Virus record (IMG/VR): IMGVR_UViG_3300044608_000911
DNA length: 20,000 nucleotides
Source of the DNA: an uncultured virus (IMG/VR IMGVR_UViG_3300044608_000911)
Taxonomy: Duplodnaviria > Heunggongvirae > Uroviricota > Caudoviricetes
Reading direction: 5' to 3' (one strand)
The notes below the pieces were generated by a model, which was not told where the DNA came from, did not search any database, and saw only the letters and a program-made list of their open reading frames with translations. Of the stretch, positions 16,335 to 20,000 are shown piece after piece (within the stretch, counting starts at the first letter, position 1; each line of letters begins with the position of its first letter). The translations under genes and the position numbers were made by a program.

Positions 16335-17986
16335 TAGTAATTCCACATATAACTTACTTCTTCTTGAGTATTTCCATACTCCCATAAAGATCCATCGGCA
16401 TCTATAAAACTATCATCGCCAAGTCCATCGTCAACAAAACCAAATGGCGCCATATCTTGTTCGATTTGATTTCTTTGTTCTTCGTAGATGCGACGACGAA
16501 CATCCTGATCTGTCATCTCTTTGAAGTATTCTTGCATGACTAACCATGCAAAGAGAACCAAACACATCACAAGGTCATCATGATATCCCTCGTCAGCTTC
16601 CCATGCCATCTTTTTCTGAATGAACGTGGTGAGCTCTTGTAGAATTTCGAAGTCACCAAAAGTTAGTTTATCTTCTTCGATAATTGCTTTGAGATTAGCG
16701 CAACCCAATTTCTTAACCGTCACACTCATCTTGACACCAAGTTGAGTTTTCATTCCAGAGAAACCTGTACCAACAATTTGCCCTGCTCTGCCACGCATCG
16801 CACACATTAATACGTTAGGATATTCTAGATCATAGTTCAAAGTGGCGGCAATACTATCACCAATATCGTTGACTTCTACTAGGATATATGGTAAATTATA
16901 TTCTTTCGCTACCTGTAAAATTACCGAGGGAAACAGTACAGGTTTAATTTCATTATTTCTGTACTTTGCCACGATCTTATACGGCAGTGTGGTGATATCA
17001 AACACGACGAAAGCACTATAGTCGCCACCAATTCCTCTGGCAACATCAACAGTAATAATGTATTCGTGATCTTTTTGTACTCTTTCGTGGATATCAAGTC
17101 CTGCATTGGATGTAATTGGGTCAGTAAATGGTATATTTTGAAGTTTTGCTGGACTGATTAGGGTATCAGCAGAACCAAGAAAGTCACATTCAAATTCTTG
17201 TGCGAACTGTCTGGCAGAAGTATTCTTAAGGGTCTCTTCTTTCCACTTCGCATCTCTACCAGGAACCTGAGACCAATGAACCTCATTCATTACATAACCA
17301 TTCTTGCCGTTCTTGGCATCAATCCACATCTTGTAGAAGTGGTTCATACCATTTGGTGTTGAGATGATTATGACTTTCGTGCTCTTACCAGAAGTAATAG
17401 TAGGATAAACAGAGGCAAAGAATTGCTCTGCAACATGGTTTGGAACGAAAGCGAATTCGTCGAGGAAGAGGATATTAAACGACATGCCTCTGACAGCAGA
17501 CGCAGATGTAGAAGATGCCAGAATTTTTGATCCGTTTTCAAGTTCGACATTACCTTTGTTCCAAACAACTACACCATGCTGCATCCACTTTGGTAGATTT
17601 TCATATGCTAGTTGAAGTCTGCTTAGGAGTTCCCTAGATGTTGAAGCTTTGTTAGCGAGAATACCAATATTAACGCTATCAAAGAATATTGCGTAATAAA
17701 GCAGATAAGCAACAACCGTAGTGGATTTTCCAGTTTGTCTTGGGAGCTTTGCGATGTTAAATCTGTTTTCATGGAAGTCTTGTAAAATCTTCTTCTGGAA
17801 ATCATACATCTCAAATGGCACCAAACCTTCGTCTAGTGAGATAATCTTAATATAATTTTCAGCAAAATAGACTGGATCATTTTTACACTTGATCCATTCG
17901 TTGATTTGTTTTTTTGTAAATGATATTTGGGTTCCCGCTTTCTTTAGATTAGGATTACCCAAATATACATCAGTACCAGCTGCCAC
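16334..17986 (-). CDS. gp17: terminase large subunit (T4 gp17)
   Basis: YLGNPNLK, Walker A PRQTGKST, Walker B LFLDEFAF, STPNG, nuclease VDVARG and HDDLVM motifs; GTG start. Confidence 0.98.
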   Translation of the reverse strand: MAAGTDVYLGNPNLKKAGTQISFTKKQINEWIKCKNDPVYFAENYIKIISLDEGLVPFEMYDFQKKILQDFHENRFNIAKLPRQTGKSTTVVAYLLYYAIFFDSVNIGILANKASTSRELLSRLQLAYENLPKWMQHGVVVWNKGNVELENGSKILASSTSASAVRGMSFNILFLDEFAFVPNHVAEQFFASVYPTITSGKSTKVIIISTPNGMNHFYKMWIDAKNGKNGYVMNEVHWSQVPGRDAKWKEETLKNTSARQFAQEFECDFLGSADTLISPAKLQNIPFTDPITSNAGLDIHERVQKDHEYIITVDVARGIGGDYSAFVVFDITTLPYKIVAKYRNNEIKPVLFPSVILQVAKEYNLPYILVEVNDIGDSIAATLNYDLEYPNVLMCAMRGRAGQIVGTGFSGMKTQLGVKMSVTVKKLGCANLKAIIEEDKLTFGDFEILQELTTFIQKKMAWEADEGYHDDLVMCLVLFAWLVMQEYFKEMTDQDVRRRIYEEQRNQIEQDMAPFGFVDDGLGDDSFIDADGSLWEYGNTQEEVSYMWNY

Positions 17987-18008
17987 AATAAAACCTAGTC
18001 ACTACTGG

Positions 18009-18016
18009 TATTTAGG
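18009..18016 (-). promoter_or_regulatory. late promoter for gp17
   Basis: CCTAAATA on the minus strand overlapping the upstream stop codon. Confidence 0.65.
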
Positions 18017-18224
18017 GGTGGTCTTCTTCCAACTCCTTCAATCTCTTCTCCCAGGTAACACCACCTTCTTTACCACGGCAGGGATTGATACAAGTATCAT
18101 CACCTAGTTTATTACAAACTAATCCTGCGAGGTCTAGTTCATTCCCAGGTTTATTTGTTCCAGTCCAGTAGTGCTGTCCGTCAATCCAATTAGCACCACA
18201 CTTAGGACAAGTCTTTGTGTTCAT
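18012..18224 (-). CDS. Cys-rich hypothetical protein (70 aa)
   Basis: CPKC...GQHYW...DLAGLVCN...CINPC; ATGA overlap with the upstream gene. Confidence 0.8.
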   Translation of the reverse strand: MNTKTCPKCGANWIDGQHYWTGTNKPGNELDLAGLVCNKLGDDTCINPCRGKEGGVTWEKRLKELEEDHP

Positions 18225-18433
18225 TTGTCATACTCCTTGAGAAACTTTTTGAAATCGGTTGTATCTCTTACAAGTTGCCTCTTGAGTTTCCAACCCATCC
18301 ATTTCATCTGAACTCTTACAAACGCATAGCGTAATTGGAGATCAGCATAGACAAAGAGTTTCATAGTTTCTTCGACCCCAGCATATGCTATCAGGATCGC
18401 AAAGAACACAACAATAAAATAAGTCCCGTACAT
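18221..18433 (-). CDS. small predicted membrane-anchored protein (70 aa)
   Basis: Hydrophobic N-terminal segment (YFIVVFFAILIAYAG) and a basic C-terminal half. Confidence 0.75.
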   Translation of the reverse strand: MYGTYFIVVFFAILIAYAGVEETMKLFVYADLQLRYAFVRVQMKWMGWKLKRQLVRDTTDFKKFLKEYDK

Positions 18434-18529
18434 ATGTAACTCTCTGCTACATTTATTATAAGCTATGTAGCAGAAAAAAGTGTTACAATATGTTACGATT
18501 TAATAAGTATATCTTTACATGCTTATAAA

Positions 18530-18967
18530 TTATACTTCTTTCCAGGTTCCTTTAGCAATTCGGATTTCCTTTAGGATGTTAAAATCCTTAGCTTTAGTGC
18601 CGCCATCATACCCCCAGGCATGACCTTCAGCGATCATCTGGTTATTGACAGAGACTTCTTCTCCGTTAATATACAGGTGTCCGATGATGCGACCATACTT
18701 CTCTGTGCTGTCTGGAAGTTCAGTCTTGATGATAATATCCTTAGCAAATTCTAATCTGCTCTTCAACCAATCTTTTGCTTGAAGTCCGAGTTTCTTTTCG
18801 TATGGATCTGCCGTGCGGCTTTCTGGTGTATCAATACCCGCCAAGCGAATTCGTTTAGTGAGGCTAATATCAAAACCCAAATCAATATCAGCGTCAATAG
18901 TGTCTCCATCTACAACCTTACCAACTGATTTGATGCGGTAGATATATGGATCTTTAGTGTCTGCCAT
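18530..18967 (-). CDS. thermonuclease / staphylococcal-nuclease-like protein
   Basis: VVDGDTID, RIRLAGIDTPE, KYGRIIG and NNQMIAEGHA motifs; no signal peptide evident. Confidence 0.9.
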   Translation of the reverse strand: MADTKDPYIYRIKSVGKVVDGDTIDADIDLGFDISLTKRIRLAGIDTPESRTADPYEKKLGLQAKDWLKSRLEFAKDIIIKTELPDSTEKYGRIIGHLYINGEEVSVNNQMIAEGHAWGYDGGTKAKDFNILKEIRIAKGTWKEV

Positions 18968-19079
18968 GGTCTTTCATTTCCTCGTTTGCCATCCGTAATA
19001 TGTAGTAGATGACATACAAAGTAAATAAAAGACCACAACCTAGTATTGTGATTACTCCCCAAGGAAAATCATGTATCAT
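18954..19079 (-). CDS. small membrane peptide (41 aa)
   Basis: Manual translation MIHDFPWGVITILGCGLLFTLYVIYYILRMANEEMKDHGRH; ATGA overlap upstream and 14-nt overlap with the nuclease. Confidence 0.7.
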   Translation of the reverse strand: MIHDFPWGVITILGCGLLFTLYVIYYILRMANEEMKDHGRH

Positions 19080-19189
19080 TTATCTTTGTGTATGTATTGT
19101 ATTCCTATAATAGGTAGGACAATAATACCAAATCCACAAAGTCCTAACCAAATTGGACTTGATGCTAAGTGTTCAACTAGGGTAAGCAT
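19076..19189 (-). CDS. small membrane peptide (37 aa)
   Basis: Manual translation MLTLVEHLASSPIWLGLCGFGIIVLPIIGIQYIHKDK; overlaps both neighbours. Confidence 0.7.
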   Translation of the reverse strand: MLTLVEHLASSPIWLGLCGFGIIVLPIIGIQYIHKDK

Positions 19190-19265
19190 TATTCAACCCC
19201 CAATAAATGAAAAGTGCTATGCTTGAAAAAATTAGCATAGCACTGATAAGTGTATTAGTCATCAT
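19173..19265 (-). CDS. small membrane peptide (30 aa)
   Basis: Manual translation MMTNTLISAMLIFSSIALFIYWGLNNAYPS; overlaps both neighbours. Confidence 0.6.
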   Translation of the reverse strand: MMTNTLISAMLIFSSIALFIYWGLNNAYPS

Positions 19266-19413
19266 ATGCTGAATGTTGTTCAAGGTAAGTTTTGAGTGTC
19301 TTTATAAGTTCATTATACTGATCCCAGATATACTCTGATCCAGTTGAGTTCTTGTAAAGTTCGCAAGCAAGAATAAGGCGGGTGATGTCTTCTTCTCTTA
19401 GTCTCATTATCAT
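19255..19413 (-). CDS. small conserved cyanophage hypothetical protein (50-52 aa)
   Basis: Manual translation MIMRLREEDITRLILACELYKNSTGSEYIWDQYNELIKTLKTYLEQHSAYDD; alternative start at 19407. Confidence 0.75.
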   Translation of the reverse strand: MIMRLREEDITRLILACELYKNSTGSEYIWDQYNELIKTLKTYLEQHSAYDD

Positions 19414-19467
19414 AATGGAAACTTCAAAACTAATTATAATAACAGCAAATTTTTCGTCAGGTTTGTG

Positions 19468-19899
19468 TCAGCAATTCCAAGCACGAAGCGATTTGTTGAT
19501 CCTGCTATCAGGATCTCTGGCAGTTTTCTTGGAAGTTAGCTTCTCTTTCATGCCCCTCATACGTGAGCAAAATGACGCCCTGCGGGGATTTCCAACCTTC
19601 TTTGAAGGTGCCTTAAGGTCACTTCCAGGATTAGCTCTTTCATATGACTTTCTACCTTTTTCGTTGAGACCTCCATTCTTATTCTGTCCCTCCTTTTTAG
19701 TCCAAGCAGCTTCGTCTAGTTCTACCTCTTCTCTTTTGATAGATTGAACTGGAACTGCGAAACGATCCCATGCTTTCTCGCCATAGGAACATTCCTTTCT
19801 GGTCTCTGGTTTTTGGCAGAGCTTACAGAAACGCTTTTCTTCTTGCTCTTTCTTCTTTGCTTCTTCAGCAAGGTGTTTGATTTCTTTATAGTTTTTCAT
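19468..19899 (-). CDS. DUF6321-like domain protein, probable internal head protein
   Basis: Likely start MKNYKEI at 19899 (TAATG overlap). C-terminal domain W.KKEG.N..GGLNEKGR.SY...NPGSDLKAP...RRASFC.RM.GMK...SRINKSLRAWNC. Confidence 0.75.
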   Translation of the reverse strand: MKNYKEIKHLAEEAKKKEQEEKRFCKLCQKPETRKECSYGEKAWDRFAVPVQSIKREEVELDEAAWTKKEGQNKNGGLNEKGRKSYERANPGSDLKAPSKKVGNPRRASFCSRMRGMKEKLTSKKTARDPDSRINKSLRAWNC

Positions 19900-20000
19900 T
19901 AGTAGATTTCCCTCCATTGAAGTGCTGCTCTAATTGTTCCAGAGTTATTACCAATATTTGTTGCTAACACAACATATACTTCTGATGAAGTAGAGTCAAA
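19899..20000 (-). CDS. C-terminal end of a gene starting outside the window (possibly virion structural)
   Basis: Open frame ...FDSTSSEVYVVLATNIGNNSGTIRAALQWREIY-stop; the stop overlaps the next ATG. Confidence 0.65.
   Translation of the reverse strand, partial: FDSTSSEVYVVLATNIGNNSGTIRAALQWREIY

Noticed and set aside
16335..16385. Longer start (MGVWKY...) for the zinc-ribbon ORF
   Set aside because: It lies inside gp17; the TAATG-coupled ATG at 16334 is more plausible. The same logic applies to the extended starts of gp21 (11296), the DUF3110-like gene (2324) and the DUF6321-like gene (19917).
19414..19467. Possible promoter CTGACG-N16-TATAAT for the small-peptide operon
   Set aside because: Weak -35 and short spacer in AT-rich DNA; plausible but not supportable as a feature.
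19382..19747. 121-aa plus-strand ORF
   Set aside because: Antisense shadow of the DUF6321-like gene; Ser/Leu/Phe-rich with no motif.
1..20000. Inteins, group I introns, homing endonucleases, tRNAs, CRISPR arrays or recoding
   Set aside because: Core genes are uninterrupted and of normal length, all three stop codons are used normally, intergenic gaps are at most about 135 nt, and no cloverleaf or spaced repeats were seen.

Overview
This window is the conserved core of a T4-like cyanomyovirus (Kyanoviridae-type) genome, with every convincing gene on the minus strand. In transcription order (right to left) it contains: the end of the variable region upstream of the terminase (partial gene, DUF6321-like protein, four unlisted small ORFs, a thermonuclease, two small hypotheticals); gp17 terminase; a small Zn-finger-like protein; gp18 sheath, gp19 tube, gp20 portal, small prohead core protein, gp21 protease, gp22 scaffold and gp23 major capsid; a strong terminator; an island of five small ORFs; gp3, uvsY, uvsW, a conserved hypothetical, gp55 late sigma, a hypothetical, gp47, a DUF3110-like gene and gp46; and the start of a HExxH peptidase/CobT-like gene. 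Gp55-type late promoters (TAAATA) precede most structural genes. I saw no tRNA, CRISPR array, intron, intein or transposon, and I cannot support a wholly new multi-gene system. The most interesting signals are non-coding: back-to-back sigma70 promoters at gp55, one firing antisense; a long hairpin that buries a start codon and has a promoter in its loop, next to an HLR1/RpaB-like repeat; a chain of tiny membrane peptides coupled to a nuclease; a probable capsid-targeted internal protein; and apparent GGCC/CCGG avoidance. Family assignments come from motif recognition, not database searches.
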